Source: Thermotogota bacterium
GTDB taxonomy: Bacteria; Bipolaricaulota; Bipolaricaulia; UBA7950; UBA9294
NCBI GenBank assembly: GCA_039679545.1
Contig: JBDKUT010000015.1
Location: forward strand, 1-47,786
Reading direction: 5' to 3'
Length of the DNA: 47,786 nucleotides
The position numbers and the translations under genes are program-made. The notes under the pieces are model-generated. The model was given only the letters and a program-made list of their open reading frames with translations, searched no databases and was not told the DNA's origin. Positions 28,365-38,289 of this stretch are shown here, one piece after another. The number at the start of each line of letters is the position of its first letter. The stretch's first letter is position 1.

Positions 28365-28616
28365 GTGGAGAAGACAACCCGAACCGAGGAACTCAAGATC
28401 ACGGGCGAAGAACTGGTGGCCACAGTCAAGGAGCTCGTCCGTCAGGGCAACATCCGGCGGATCACGGTTAAGAACCGTGAAGGGAAGACGCTGGTCGAGA
28501 TCCCTCTCACACTCGGAGTTGTCGGGACGCTGCTGATTCCAACGCTCGCGGCGCTCGGCGCCGTGGCAGCCCTGGTCGCCGAGTGCAGCATCGTAGTCGA
28601 GCGAATCGAAGAATGA
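28365..28616 (+). CDS. DUF4342-like small protein
   Basis: VKELVRQGNIRRITVK..EIPLTLG..P.LAALG; SD GAGGAGGG. Confidence 0.85.
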   Translation: MEKTTRTEELKITGEELVATVKELVRQGNIRRITVKNREGKTLVEIPLTLGVVGTLLIPTLAALGAVAALVAECSIVVERIEE

Positions 28617-28639
28617 GCGGCTCCCGCAAAGAAGGCTCC

Positions 28640-28945
28640 ATGCCGCAGTACCTCTACTGGATTCGACCGGCACGCGCGGGGTTCTACGGCGCTCCGACTC
28701 CGGAGGAGAGCCGCGCCGTCGACCTGCACTTCCTCTACCTGAAGCGAACCGCGGAAGAGGGAACGGTCATCCTGGCCGGCCGGACGTTGAACGAGGACGA
28801 GACGGGGTTCGGAATCGTCATCTTCACCGCAGCCTCCGAGCAAGAGGCGCGGCGATTTGCCGACGAAGACCCGGCCGTACAGGTCGGCGTCTTCCGAATG
28901 GACCTCTTTCCGTTTCGCGTTGCTCTCGCGCCGCCGCGCTCCTAA
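28640..28945 (+). CDS. YciI-family protein
   Basis: HFLYLK..GTVILAGRT..DPAVQ..PFRVA. Confidence 0.85.
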   Translation: MPQYLYWIRPARAGFYGAPTPEESRAVDLHFLYLKRTAEEGTVILAGRTLNEDETGFGIVIFTAASEQEARRFADEDPAVQVGVFRMDLFPFRVALAPPRS

Positions 28946-29916
28946 CCGCCGACGTTATCGATTACGAAGCGGATCTGATCGTAGCTCGCTCCGGGAGCGG
29001 CATCGTACGTCGTCAGGGTCACGATGACCGTCTCGCCTTCGGGGCGATCGGTCCACGGAGCGTGGTAGGTCGGCTCCAAGGTGTCTGCGCCGTCGAACCA
29101 CCCCTTCGTGGCCGACCAGACGTAGCAGACGGATGAACACGCCGGGTTCGCGATCCTTGCTCCCAGACGCACGCTCGTTCCCTCGGTGACGTGGCGTTCG
29201 AACTGCCGGATGATCATCGGCCTGGGGTGATCACGCACCGTAAGCGGTGTCGCCGGCTCCGGCCACGCGGAGTCCCACGCCGGCCCGCACCCTTGGCTGC
29301 AACGGCAGGCAACCGGGACCTGGCTGCAGGTAGGTGCCGTGAGAACCTGGGACATGCACGGGCTGCCGCAGGGGACGTCCGGCTTCGGGCAGGGATTGAC
29401 AGCAGCTTGGGGGGTGCAGCATTGGGTAACAGCAGGAGGAGAACCGCAGGTCGTTCGAGGGGATGGACAGGCCAACAGGTCACGGACGTGGAGCGTTATC
29501 CGGTCACTCGCGGAGACACCGCCCCCGCCAGACACCGTCAACGTCAAGGCCACGCAGTCTTCGCAGTCACACGCCGACGGAGCCGTGTACGAGGTCGTGA
29601 GAGCGCGAGGATCGCTGAAGAAGCCAAGACCCGCCTCCGCCGTCCAAAGAACGGTGACCGGTCCGCCCGCTGAATCGTAGCCGACTCCCGTGAGCCGTAC
29701 GGTCTCCCGCTCACCAACCGTCACGTCGGCGCCCGCGTCGACCACCACAGACGGGCGCTCTGCACCGGCGTCGCTTTGTGTGCTCGACTCATTCGCCGTC
29801 CCTTGGGTAGTCGACGACGGCGGCTCGACCGTCGGTGTGGGTGCCGGGACGAGAAAGAGGACGGCCAGGGCGATACCCACCGCCACAAGAATCAGAAGCA
29901 GCGTGCTGCTGTTCAC
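28942..29916 (-). CDS. Secreted/anchored Cys-rich protein with two PKD-like Ig repeats
   Basis: N-terminal TM, VDAGAD, two W-x..G-F...Y-x-AP repeats, 16 Cys. Confidence 0.7.
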   Translation of the reverse strand: MNSSTLLLILVAVGIALAVLFLVPAPTPTVEPPSSTTQGTANESSTQSDAGAERPSVVVDAGADVTVGERETVRLTGVGYDSAGGPVTVLWTAEAGLGFFSDPRALTTSYTAPSACDCEDCVALTLTVSGGGGVSASDRITLHVRDLLACPSPRTTCGSPPAVTQCCTPQAAVNPCPKPDVPCGSPCMSQVLTAPTCSQVPVACRCSQGCGPAWDSAWPEPATPLTVRDHPRPMIIRQFERHVTEGTSVRLGARIANPACSSVCYVWSATKGWFDGADTLEPTYHAPWTDRPEGETVIVTLTTYDAAPGASYDQIRFVIDNVGG

Positions 29917-30140
29917 TGGATCGCACCTCCCGCCGTTTCGCTGGGAGGCCGTGAACTTGACCGTTATCTCAAAGGCATTCCGGCCTCGAAGCGTGTTCAG
30001 CCTATCGTTTCGTGCACGTCGAAGTCAAACCATCCGTTCTCAAGCGCCGTTCACATCTGGCGACGCCGAGCGGCACGCGAGTCCTCGGAGTGTCGTTGCG
30101 CAACCTCGGCCCAGCCACTAGAGTGACAACGAGGTGGTCA

Positions 30141-30983
30141 ATGACCATGGCCGGCCGTCTGTACGTCGTCGCCCTCCCGATCGGCAACCTGGCGGACATT
30201 ACCCTGCGGGCTCTCGAGACGCTGAGGTTCGTCGACTTCATCGTCGCCGAGGACACGCGCACGACGCGCAGAGTTCTCGATCACTACGAGATCCGAACGC
30301 CGTTTCACTCGAGTTTCTACCAGGGAGTGGAAGACGAGCGAGCGGAGGAACTCGTGAGTCTTCTCCGAGAGGGGAAGAACTTGGCGCTCGTCAGCGACGC
30401 CGGGACTCCGCTGGTCAGCGATCCCGGATTCCCCCTCGTTCGCGCCGCCGTCGAAGCTGGGATTGCCGTGGAACCGGTTCCCGGGGCCACCGCAGTCGTC
30501 ACGGGGCTTGTCGCGTCGGGGTTGCCGGCGGATCGATTCTGTTTCGACGGGGCGCTTCCTCGGAAGAGGAGCCATCGCGCCGAGTTCTTCTCGAGGCTCG
30601 TCCACGAGACCCGAACGACCGTGGTGTACGAGTCCCCACACCGTCTTCTGGAGTCCCTCGAGATGCTCGCGGAATCGCTCCCGGGGCGACGGATCGTGCT
30701 CGCGCGGGAGCTGACGAAGCTTCACGAGGAATTCCTCCGTGGAACTGCGGTCCAGGTCTTGAGCCTCCTGCAAGCGCGAAGTGAGGTCCGCGGGGAATGC
30801 GTCCTCATCATCGACGGGGGCGCGCCGCCCGGCGCGGAAATGAACGAGGAAACGGCGCGATCCGTCCTATCCGTGCTCGAGGCCGAAGGCCTGTCCAAGA
30901 CCGCGATGCAGAGGATTCTCCAAGTCGTTGGGGGCCTGCCGCGAAATCGTGCCTACACCCTCGCCCACCGTTCCTCGGACTAG
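30141..30983 (+). CDS. rsmI: 16S rRNA (cytidine1402-2'-O)-methyltransferase
   Basis: LYVVALPIGNLADITLRA, AEDTR, SDAGTPLVSDPG, YESPHR, RELTKLHEE. Confidence 0.95.
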   Translation: MTMAGRLYVVALPIGNLADITLRALETLRFVDFIVAEDTRTTRRVLDHYEIRTPFHSSFYQGVEDERAEELVSLLREGKNLALVSDAGTPLVSDPGFPLVRAAVEAGIAVEPVPGATAVVTGLVASGLPADRFCFDGALPRKRSHRAEFFSRLVHETRTTVVYESPHRLLESLEMLAESLPGRRIVLARELTKLHEEFLRGTAVQVLSLLQARSEVRGECVLIIDGGAPPGAEMNEETARSVLSVLEAEGLSKTAMQRILQVVGGLPRNRAYTLAHRSSD

Positions 30984-31453
30984 GTGTGCTTGTCGGCGAC
31001 CGCAGAGGCGGCGTAGGCATGCGGCTTGATGCGTACGGCAAACCCGTTTCCGATGATCATCCCAACGACTTCGTCGATCATCTCTTTCGTGCGACCGTTC
31101 TCGCCGATATCGACGTGGATTTCGAGGTTGTAGTGAAGGAGGGAGACCGCCGGCAGCCGCCCGATCAGTCGCTGGGCCAGTTCAAACGATAGCCACGCCT
31201 CCCGCCAGATCCGCTGGCGGAGGGACGACATGGCGCGCTCGCGCCGGCGCGTCCAGAAGTACCGTCCTCCCTTTCCTACTCGGTGGAGGACGATCGCGCT
31301 CACGAAGTCGAGTCGGTCGACCGTGGTAGACGAGTCGGTGCCGATCAAGATCTCGAACCGGTCCTTTGGGTTCGAGCTCATCTCCGCCACAAGTTCGTCC
31401 ACGACCTCGTCAAATGTCATCTCCCCGCGATGAGGGTTGTAGAACGTAGACAT
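30980..31453 (-). CDS. RNase H-like YkuK (DUF458) family protein
   Basis: IGTDS, HRVGKGG, SLRQRI..EA..S, EIHVDIG, IKPHAYAASAVADK. Confidence 0.9.
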   Translation of the reverse strand: MSTFYNPHRGEMTFDEVVDELVAEMSSNPKDRFEILIGTDSSTTVDRLDFVSAIVLHRVGKGGRYFWTRRRERAMSSLRQRIWREAWLSFELAQRLIGRLPAVSLLHYNLEIHVDIGENGRTKEMIDEVVGMIIGNGFAVRIKPHAYAASAVADKHT

Positions 31454-31484
31454 GCTCCATGCTACCTCGGCGATCGGTCTGGGT

Positions 31485-32849
31485 TCAAGCCGTCGGCAGC
31501 CGGAATGTGAACCGGGCCCCGCCCGTACGGTTGTTCTCGGCCCAGATCCGTCCGCCGTGGGCCTCAACCCACCGGCGGGCAATGGCGAGACCAAGGCCGC
31601 TTCCGCCTGAGCGGTTGCGCGCTGGATCCCCGCGGTAGAACCGCTCGAACAAGCGCGGCAGGTCCTCCGGCAGGATCCCCGGGCCGGTGTCGGAGACGTA
31701 GACTTCGACTTCGCCCTCGGCCCTGTGGATGGAGATCTCGATTCGCCCGCTCGTCGGGGTGTAGCGAAGTGCGTTGCTCAGGAGGTTGGCGATCACCTGT
31801 CGAATTCGTTTGGGATCGACAGGGATCGGGTCGAGCCCCTCCTCCGCGATCACCTCGACGTTCGGTGCGTCATCCATCGACGGAACCGCAGCTTCGACGA
31901 CCTGCCGCACGAGTTGTCCGATGTCCGTCTGTTCCTTCGACAGCCGAAGCTCGCCCGCCTCGGCCAGCGCAAGGTCGCGAAGGTCGTCGATGAGACGGCC
32001 GAGGTGCAGCGTCTCCTCGTAGATCGGAGCGATCGTCTGAGCCGTGGGCTCGTAGATCCCATCCAGGATGGCTTCCAGCGTCCCTTGGATGATGGTGACG
32101 GGAGTGCGGAGCTCGTGGGCAATGTCAGCAGTCATGGTCTCGCGCAACTTCTCCGAGCGGCGGAGATTGTCGACCATGCGGTCGAACGACTCGCCAAGTC
32201 CGTGAAACTCATCCCGCGTTCGAAGTCGGACCTTCTCTGGCAGCACCCCCCGCGCGACCTGCTCCGTCACGGCGCTCAGCGTGCGAAGCGGTGACAGGAT
32301 CTGCGCAATCAGGAAAAGAGCCAGGACGAGCGCCAGCAACGTAGCGATCCCTCCGCCAAGGAGCGCGGAGCGTCGTGCCGACGCCAGGATGGCGGCCTCA
32401 TCGGGGTCGACGAAGTCCAGGATGAGCAAGGTGCCGACTTGCACGCCGTTCACGCTAATCGGTCCGCGGTCGATCTCCGCCTGCGTGAGCCTTCTCCCGA
32501 TGTCGGGTTTCGTGCTCAAGAACACCTTGCCCTCCTCGTTGGCAAGGGACAGAGGAATGTTGTAGATGGCAACGATCTTCTCGACCACCTTCCCGTCTTC
32601 GTCTCGCCGGGTCTCGACCACGCGGTAGAAGAGACGATCCACACCGCGCCAGGACCCGTTTTGCTCGTAGTAGATCGAAAGCTGCCTACTGAACAACGTG
32701 AAGATCTCTTTCCTCTGCTGCTCGCGATATCGGTCGAACCGTTGTGTCACGGAGCGCTCCGTGAGGAAGTACACGAGGGCAACAGAGAAGACGATCGTGA
32801 CAAGGAAGGCGAGTCCGAGTTTGAAGGCGAGGGGGAAGCGGCGCTTCAT
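31485..32849 (-). CDS. HAMP sensor histidine kinase (BaeS-like)
   Basis: 2 TM, HAMP, ADIAHELRTP, NLLSNALRY, DTGPGI, GSGLGL. Confidence 0.94.
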   Translation of the reverse strand: MKRRFPLAFKLGLAFLVTIVFSVALVYFLTERSVTQRFDRYREQQRKEIFTLFSRQLSIYYEQNGSWRGVDRLFYRVVETRRDEDGKVVEKIVAIYNIPLSLANEEGKVFLSTKPDIGRRLTQAEIDRGPISVNGVQVGTLLILDFVDPDEAAILASARRSALLGGGIATLLALVLALFLIAQILSPLRTLSAVTEQVARGVLPEKVRLRTRDEFHGLGESFDRMVDNLRRSEKLRETMTADIAHELRTPVTIIQGTLEAILDGIYEPTAQTIAPIYEETLHLGRLIDDLRDLALAEAGELRLSKEQTDIGQLVRQVVEAAVPSMDDAPNVEVIAEEGLDPIPVDPKRIRQVIANLLSNALRYTPTSGRIEISIHRAEGEVEVYVSDTGPGILPEDLPRLFERFYRGDPARNRSGGSGLGLAIARRWVEAHGGRIWAENNRTGGARFTFRLPTA

Positions 32850-32850
32850 A

Positions 32851-33534
32851 TCAGGGCTGCCGGGCAAACCGGTACCCGACGCCGTGGACGGTTTGGATGT
32901 ACTGCGGGTTCTTCGGATCCTCCTCGGTCTTCCGCCGCAGGTTCTTGACGTGCGTGTCCACCGTGCGCGCGAACGAGTCGTACGTGTAGCCCTGAACCTC
33001 GCGCAGCAGCTGGAGTCGTGTAAAGACCTGTCCCGGATGGCGAGCGAGGTACGTCAGGAGGTCGAACTCGGTCGGAGTCAGGTCGACCATTTCACCTTTC
33101 ACGCGCAGCTCTCTCGTCTTCAGGTCGATCGCCAAATCGCCAGCAAGGATTCGCTCGGCTTCCATCCCTTCACCCTCATAGCGGCGGAGGACGGCGCGGA
33201 CCCGGGCCACAAGCTCGCGCGGGCTGAACGGTTTGACGACGTAGTCGTCCGCCCCGAGCTCTAGGCCGACGACACGATCCGCTTCGGCCGCTTTGGCGGT
33301 CAGCATGATGATTGGCACGGATGACTTGGCGCGAATCGCACGCGTCACTTCGATCCCGCTCATCTTGGGAAGCATGAGGTCGAGGATGATCAGATCGGGG
33401 CCCTTTTCTTCGAACGCCTGGAGTGCCGAGGCCCCATCGAACGCCGTATAGGTCTTGAAACCTTCCCGGTCAAGGTAAGCCTTGACGGTTCTCACGATCA
33501 TCTCTTCGTCGTCCACAATGAGGATGCGCTTCAT
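32851..33534 (-). CDS. OmpR-family response regulator
   Basis: ILIVDDE, LDLMLP, MLTAK, GADDYVVKPFS, TVHGVGY. Confidence 0.95.
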   Translation of the reverse strand: MKRILIVDDEEMIVRTVKAYLDREGFKTYTAFDGASALQAFEEKGPDLIILDLMLPKMSGIEVTRAIRAKSSVPIIMLTAKAAEADRVVGLELGADDYVVKPFSPRELVARVRAVLRRYEGEGMEAERILAGDLAIDLKTRELRVKGEMVDLTPTEFDLLTYLARHPGQVFTRLQLLREVQGYTYDSFARTVDTHVKNLRRKTEEDPKNPQYIQTVHGVGYRFARQP

Positions 33535-33753
33535 GCCCAGTTCCATTATACCCTTCGCCCCTCCGGGCCGAATAGCTTCCGCCCACCCGACGCACAGCGG
33601 ATAGATCGCCAGCTTGATTGTTGCGCCGCCCTGTGGAGCCTTTGGGGCCGCGCTGTGGGGAAGTTGTGAGTGCGGCAGACGCGGATTGCCTTCCCGTGGG
33701 CAGACGACTACCATTCCCGGAAACGTGGTTAGGCCCAGGTCTGGTGAGGGGGA

Positions 33754-34827
33754 ATGAAACGCTTATTGATCGTCTCCACAGAAGAGCACTCCGGGAAGAG
33801 TCTTCTCTCCCTCGGACTTGGGCGAGCTTTTCAGGACCGGGGTATCACGATCGCCTACATGAAGCCGATCAGTCACGAGGTTTCCTACGCGACGGGCGCT
33901 CCGATTGACGAAGATGTCGACACGCTCCGAACGCTCCTTTCGCTCGAAGACGACGTGCACGACATGGCGCCGGTGCCCCTTGAGGGGCCGTTCCTCCACG
34001 AGGCCATCGAGTCAGGAGATCGAGGATTCCGACAGCGCATCGTCGACGCATTCGCACGTCTAACGCGTACACGGGACGTCGCCATCATCGAAGGCCGAAG
34101 CTACTTGGGACTCGGAGTGAGCGCCGGGTTGAGCGATCTCGACTTGGCCGACTTGCTGGAGGCCGACGTTCTTCTCCTCACACAGTACGATGGGGAGGAG
34201 GCCATTGACCGGATCCTCTGTGCCCTACGGTTGTTCGAAGGCGGTCCCAACATCCTCGGCGTCATCCTCAAAGACGTTCCCCTCGACCGCTCCTACACAC
34301 GAATCGAGGAAGTCTTCGTCTCCTTCCTTGCCGATCGGGGTGCTGAGGTTCTCGGAATCATTCCGTACGACCCGAACCTGCGATCCGTGAACACGGACGA
34401 AATTGCCAAGCGGCTCGGCGGTCGCACCCTCACGCGCCCGGACCTCAACCGTGAGGTGCGCCACTTCGTCGTCGGCGCGATGGGAACGGAAGCCTCGCTT
34501 CGTAGCTTTCGCCGAACCCCCGAGTTTGCGGTGATCACCGGCGGCGACCGAGAGGACATCCACCTCGCGGCGCTCCAGGTCCCCGAATTACGATGCCTTG
34601 TGCTGACTGGAAACCATCGCCCCGCCCGCGAGGTCCTTGATCAAGCGGAGGATTCCGGCATACCGGTCATCCTCGCCGGCCAAAACGCGATGGTCACCGC
34701 ATCCTTGTGCTCGAGCATGCTCGATCGATTCTGGATCCGTCCCGGGGCGACCCTCGACTACGCCATCGACCACGTTCGGTCCAACATCGACGTCGAGCGC
34801 ATTCTCCAGAAAACCACAGATCCCTAG
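33754..34827 (+). CDS. BioD-like/DRTGG-domain protein (phosphotransacetylase N-terminal family, no catalytic PTA domain)
   Basis: HSGKS, YMKP, IIEG, VITGGDREDI, LVLTG. Confidence 0.88.
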   Translation: MKRLLIVSTEEHSGKSLLSLGLGRAFQDRGITIAYMKPISHEVSYATGAPIDEDVDTLRTLLSLEDDVHDMAPVPLEGPFLHEAIESGDRGFRQRIVDAFARLTRTRDVAIIEGRSYLGLGVSAGLSDLDLADLLEADVLLLTQYDGEEAIDRILCALRLFEGGPNILGVILKDVPLDRSYTRIEEVFVSFLADRGAEVLGIIPYDPNLRSVNTDEIAKRLGGRTLTRPDLNREVRHFVVGAMGTEASLRSFRRTPEFAVITGGDREDIHLAALQVPELRCLVLTGNHRPAREVLDQAEDSGIPVILAGQNAMVTASLCSSMLDRFWIRPGATLDYAIDHVRSNIDVERILQKTTDP

Positions 34828-35231
34828 GCAGCGTCAACGCGGGCCTCGTAAGTGATCTTCGCCACACCAGCGAGCGTGTTGGCAATGGGGCAGTACTTCG
34901 CGAGGGAAAGATCAATCGCCTTCTTAAGATTCTCTGGGGGCACGTCGCCCGTGACGACGTACACGAGTCGCAGTTTCCGAATAACCTTGGGATACTCCGC
35001 TGCGCGTTCGTCCTCGATCTCGACGCGAAGGGTTTTGGGTTCCGTATTCATCTTGCGTAGGATCGACACCACGTCCATTCCCGTGCACCCACCCAGCGCG
35101 CAGAGGAGTGCTTCAACCGGACGTGCCGCACTGTTTGCGCCGAGCGGTTCCGCGGCGTCCATTACCACCTCGTGGCCACTTGCGCCCTTCCCGACAAACC
35201 GCATTCCTCCTGCCCAGTCGACAACCGTCAC
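34824..35231 (-). CDS. OsmC-family protein
   Basis: LGGCTGMDVVSILRK, LSLAKYCPI. Confidence 0.92.
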   Translation of the reverse strand: MTVVDWAGGMRFVGKGASGHEVVMDAAEPLGANSAARPVEALLCALGGCTGMDVVSILRKMNTEPKTLRVEIEDERAAEYPKVIRKLRLVYVVTGDVPPENLKKAIDLSLAKYCPIANTLAGVAKITYEARVDAA

Positions 35232-35242
35232 ATTCCCTCCAT

Positions 35243-35290
35243 TATTCGAATATTCAAATACTTGACAACCAAAACTTCAACCGCTAGAAT
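35243..35290 (+). promoter_or_regulatory. ArsR-type operator plus sigma70 promoter in the osmC/arsR divergon
   Basis: AT-rich near-palindrome TATTCGAATATTCAAATA (35243-35260); TTGACA -17- TAGAAT (35262-35290). Confidence 0.7.
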
Positions 35291-35320
35291 GCTAGATCGG
35301 AGAGGGCGAAGGAGCAATCG

Positions 35321-35614
35321 ATGTCGGAGCGAACGGCAAGAAGTCGATGGGCGGAGGCGTTCGCCGCTCTTGGAAGCGAGCCACGCCTCCAGATCGTCGA
35401 ACGGCTCCTGGAGGGCCCCATCCATTGCCAGGAGGTGCTCGACGGACTGAAGCTGAGTCAGCCGGCCGTGTCGTACCACCTAGGGAAGCTTGAACGAGCG
35501 GGGGTCCTGCGCAAAGAGAGGAAAGGAACTCGAAACTGCTACCGGATCGAGAGCCGCTTGGAGTGGGTGCTGAAGTCGTGCATGAAGGAGGATGGATCGT
35601 GGACCACACTGTAA
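35321..35614 (+). CDS. ArsR/SmtB-family transcriptional regulator
   Basis: FAALGSEPRLQI..LSQPAVSYHL..LERAG..ERKG; 3 Cys. Confidence 0.92.
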   Translation: MSERTARSRWAEAFAALGSEPRLQIVERLLEGPIHCQEVLDGLKLSQPAVSYHLGKLERAGVLRKERKGTRNCYRIESRLEWVLKSCMKEDGSWTTL

Positions 35615-35838
35615 TTGTGTACACAACCCCGACGTGCTCGTGGTGCATGGCGGTGAAGCAGCACCTCCGCTCCCACGCCGTGTCGTTCGAGGAGATCGAT
35701 GTCTCCACCGACATGCAAAAAGCGAAGCTGATGGTTGAAAAGAGCGGTCAGTACGGCGTCCCTGTGGTTGACATCGACGGCGAGATTGTCGTCGGCTTCG
35801 ACCGGCCACGCATCAATGCCCTGCTCGGAATCGCGTAG
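35599..35838 (+). CDS. Glutaredoxin-like protein (NrdH/YruB type)
   Basis: YTTPTCSWC, SGQYGVPV, IVVGFD. Confidence 0.92.
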   Translation: MDHTVIVYTTPTCSWCMAVKQHLRSHAVSFEEIDVSTDMQKAKLMVEKSGQYGVPVVDIDGEIVVGFDRPRINALLGIA

Positions 35839-35854
35839 TTAGGCCATCCGCTCT

Positions 35855-36418
35855 CTACGCCGTGAAGAGCGGCAGCGGATCGCGGACGTCCGCAGGCCTT
35901 CCCTTCGCGCCGATCGCACGTCCGAAGGGTGGTGCCCCAGTCGGCACGTACGTCACGGAGACAAACCCTTCCTCGCGATCGACGGGCTCGTACCGCGCGA
36001 CCAAATCGGTGTATGCCTTCCGTGGGAAGGCTCGAAGACGGAGGTACGGCTTCTCCAACGCAAGCCGCTTGGTGTTCCGCTCCATTCGCTCGTAGAGCGC
36101 GTCTGGAGACGTCATCGGAAGCACGTGCGCATGCGGTTCCCGGCCGGAGAGCTGGGCAAGCTCGATGAGTGACAATCGGTCCGCCCGAGTGAGGTTCGGT
36201 TCATCCACACACACGACCTCGGCCGGGGAATCGACGGCTTCAACCAGGGCCGCTTGGAAAACTCGATCGACGGTGCTCTCGAAGGCGGGGTCGTACGTGG
36301 AACGGAACATCCACTCCCGGATGGCCCCCCGGGCAACCACGACCCATTCAGGATGCTCGCGCTGGAACGCCGTCTTCCCTGACCCAGGCAGTCCGACGAG
36401 GACAACCAGCTGTCTCAT
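35855..36418 (-). CDS. P-loop kinase (AAA_33 / polynucleotide-kinase-like)
   Basis: VLVGLPGSGKT, VDEPNLTR, EEGF. Confidence 0.8.
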   Translation of the reverse strand: MRQLVVLVGLPGSGKTAFQREHPEWVVVARGAIREWMFRSTYDPAFESTVDRVFQAALVEAVDSPAEVVCVDEPNLTRADRLSLIELAQLSGREPHAHVLPMTSPDALYERMERNTKRLALEKPYLRLRAFPRKAYTDLVARYEPVDREEGFVSVTYVPTGAPPFGRAIGAKGRPADVRDPLPLFTA

Positions 36419-36510
36419 TCGCTTCTTCCCCCCACCCGTGAAACTCTTTGTCAGTATGGGGCATTCCAAGAGAACAGACAAGTGAAGAACCGGAAGTCAG
36501 GCCCGGCTTC

Positions 36511-37656
36511 CTAGAACGGAAACGCGTGCGAGACCACGATACGGTCGAACCCGGTCTTCGAAACCGCCAGGGAGAAGGTGAGGTCGCCCAATTCCACCGC
36601 CGGCTGACCAATGCAGCAGGCCAGGTCGAACCGCAGGGTGACTTGAGCCGACGGGATATCGAACTGCATCCCTCCTTCGTACTGGTCGATGATCTCAAAC
36701 GTCGGAGTCACGTTGACCGACCACGCCTCGAAGGCGCGCGTCCAGTTGAAGCTGAGGGCCAAGAGCGTGTCGGAGTCGAAGGCTACCGTCGACAGGAGTT
36801 GCCCTTCGAAGAACGGCCGGCGCATCGAGATGCTGCCCTGCACGAAGGCGTCCTCATACGCGAACGTCGCGTTGAGGGCGATGTCCCTGACGATGCCGCC
36901 GATGCTGAGCGAGGAGCTTTCGTAGGAGAAAAGGTCTGAGAACCTGGCGTTCGCGCGAAGCGTGAAGTCGTCCAAAAGAGGAATCGGTAGCTGACCGCTC
37001 CACGAGATGTTCTCCGAGTCAAGGCCCGTCTGCCCGAACAAGACGTCCAGCGCCGCTCGGCCCCCGCACAGCTCGAGGTCCGTCACGGAGAGGCGCAGTC
37101 CGGCAAAGGAGGGAATGCACCCCGCTTCTTCGATCTGCCCATAGGGGGTCGCGCCGAGTCCAAGAATGGTGGAGATCCGGGCGAACCCCTCGATGACCCC
37201 GGCGATTCGGATCGTCATCCCTGCGCCGATGGCGGACTCTGTCTGCGTCCCAAGCTCGGCAATCAGGAAGGTTGCGGAGTACGCGACTCCCCCCGACCGC
37301 CCGGACACGGACAGGTCAGCGCGGCTGAACCTGTCGCCTGTAAACGAGCCGCTCCCCTGAAGAGAGAGGTCGCCGAACGGAGCGCTGACTCGGAAGCTCT
37401 GAGCGAGAAGCCCTTCATTCGCGAAACTCGTCCGGCTCGAAATCGAGAACCGATCGTAGCGGTACGTGATGGCCAACGACTCGCTCAGCGTGAGCGTGGT
37501 GATGTCCATGTCCGACATGGACAAGGAGAACGTGTTCGCCCCGGACAGGGAGACCTGCGCGGCGGATGCGCCGAGGGGGACGAAGCTCAGAACGAGGCCG
37601 ACGACCACTCCCAGCCCGATGCTCTCCTTGGACCAGCGCAATCTCCCCTTGCCCAT
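36511..37656 (-). CDS. Secreted beta-strand-rich, outer-membrane-barrel-like protein
   Basis: Signal peptide, Ser/Thr-rich alternating strands, C-terminal HAFPF. Confidence 0.7.
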   Translation of the reverse strand: MGKGRLRWSKESIGLGVVVGLVLSFVPLGASAAQVSLSGANTFSLSMSDMDITTLTLSESLAITYRYDRFSISSRTSFANEGLLAQSFRVSAPFGDLSLQGSGSFTGDRFSRADLSVSGRSGGVAYSATFLIAELGTQTESAIGAGMTIRIAGVIEGFARISTILGLGATPYGQIEEAGCIPSFAGLRLSVTDLELCGGRAALDVLFGQTGLDSENISWSGQLPIPLLDDFTLRANARFSDLFSYESSSLSIGGIVRDIALNATFAYEDAFVQGSISMRRPFFEGQLLSTVAFDSDTLLALSFNWTRAFEAWSVNVTPTFEIIDQYEGGMQFDIPSAQVTLRFDLACCIGQPAVELGDLTFSLAVSKTGFDRIVVSHAFPF

Positions 37657-37825
37657 ACACGGACAAGGGTACGGATGGAACGTCGCGAGCTAGTACCACC
37701 CGTTCCGTCGATGATCCGTTCTTGTCCGCTCGACGACGGACATCGGGCACTCGAAGCGGACCCCGTTCAGAGAACGCGGACGACGCCTCTCGAAGTGCCC
37801 TAGGATTGCTGCGGCCTCTCAGGGA

Positions 37826-38191
37826 TCAGTCGACGTAGTCCTCGATATCGTCCAGCTGGCGCTGCATGGCATCGAGCATGTACTTGATGTCGTCGAGCGT
37901 CCACTTCTGGACGTCGAAGAAGCCGTACTGGGAGTCCGTCATTTTCACGGACACCTGATGAACCAGATCAACCTCGGCGTCAAGGTCCGCAAGCTCCTCC
38001 TCCACCGCGGTCATGCGCGCCTCGAGGAGGTCGAGCCGGTTCTTTCCCTCTGGTGTCACGAGAAGGTCGTAGACCTGCTGCAAAGTGACTGGAGCCGGAG
38101 AGGAGGTTTGCCCGGCAAAGAGCGCGAGACACACCCCCACAATCGCTACGGCTCCCAGAATCCCCGCCAGTCGGTACCCTCGCCTCTTCAT
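37826..38191 (-). CDS. Membrane-anchored coiled-coil hypothetical protein
   Basis: SD AAGGAGG, TAGAAT upstream, N-terminal TM, heptad-like acidic helix. Confidence 0.75.
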   Translation of the reverse strand: MKRRGYRLAGILGAVAIVGVCLALFAGQTSSPAPVTLQQVYDLLVTPEGKNRLDLLEARMTAVEEELADLDAEVDLVHQVSVKMTDSQYGFFDVQKWTLDDIKYMLDAMQRQLDDIEDYVD

Positions 38192-38289
38192 CGGTTCCTC
38201 CTTCTTCCTATTCAGTCCGATTCTACCTCGTTGCGCGCTTCCTGCTCGCCCCCAACAGTGTACGCCGAGGACAGACGAGCGAGAACTCC

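Noticed and set aside
33754..34827. Phosphate acetyltransferase (pta)
   Set aside because: Only the BioD-like and DRTGG regions are present; there is no catalytic PTA domain.
37745..37800. Long imperfect hairpin GGGCACT...AGTGCCC
   Set aside because: Plausibly a terminator or chance GC pairing; no family motif recognised.
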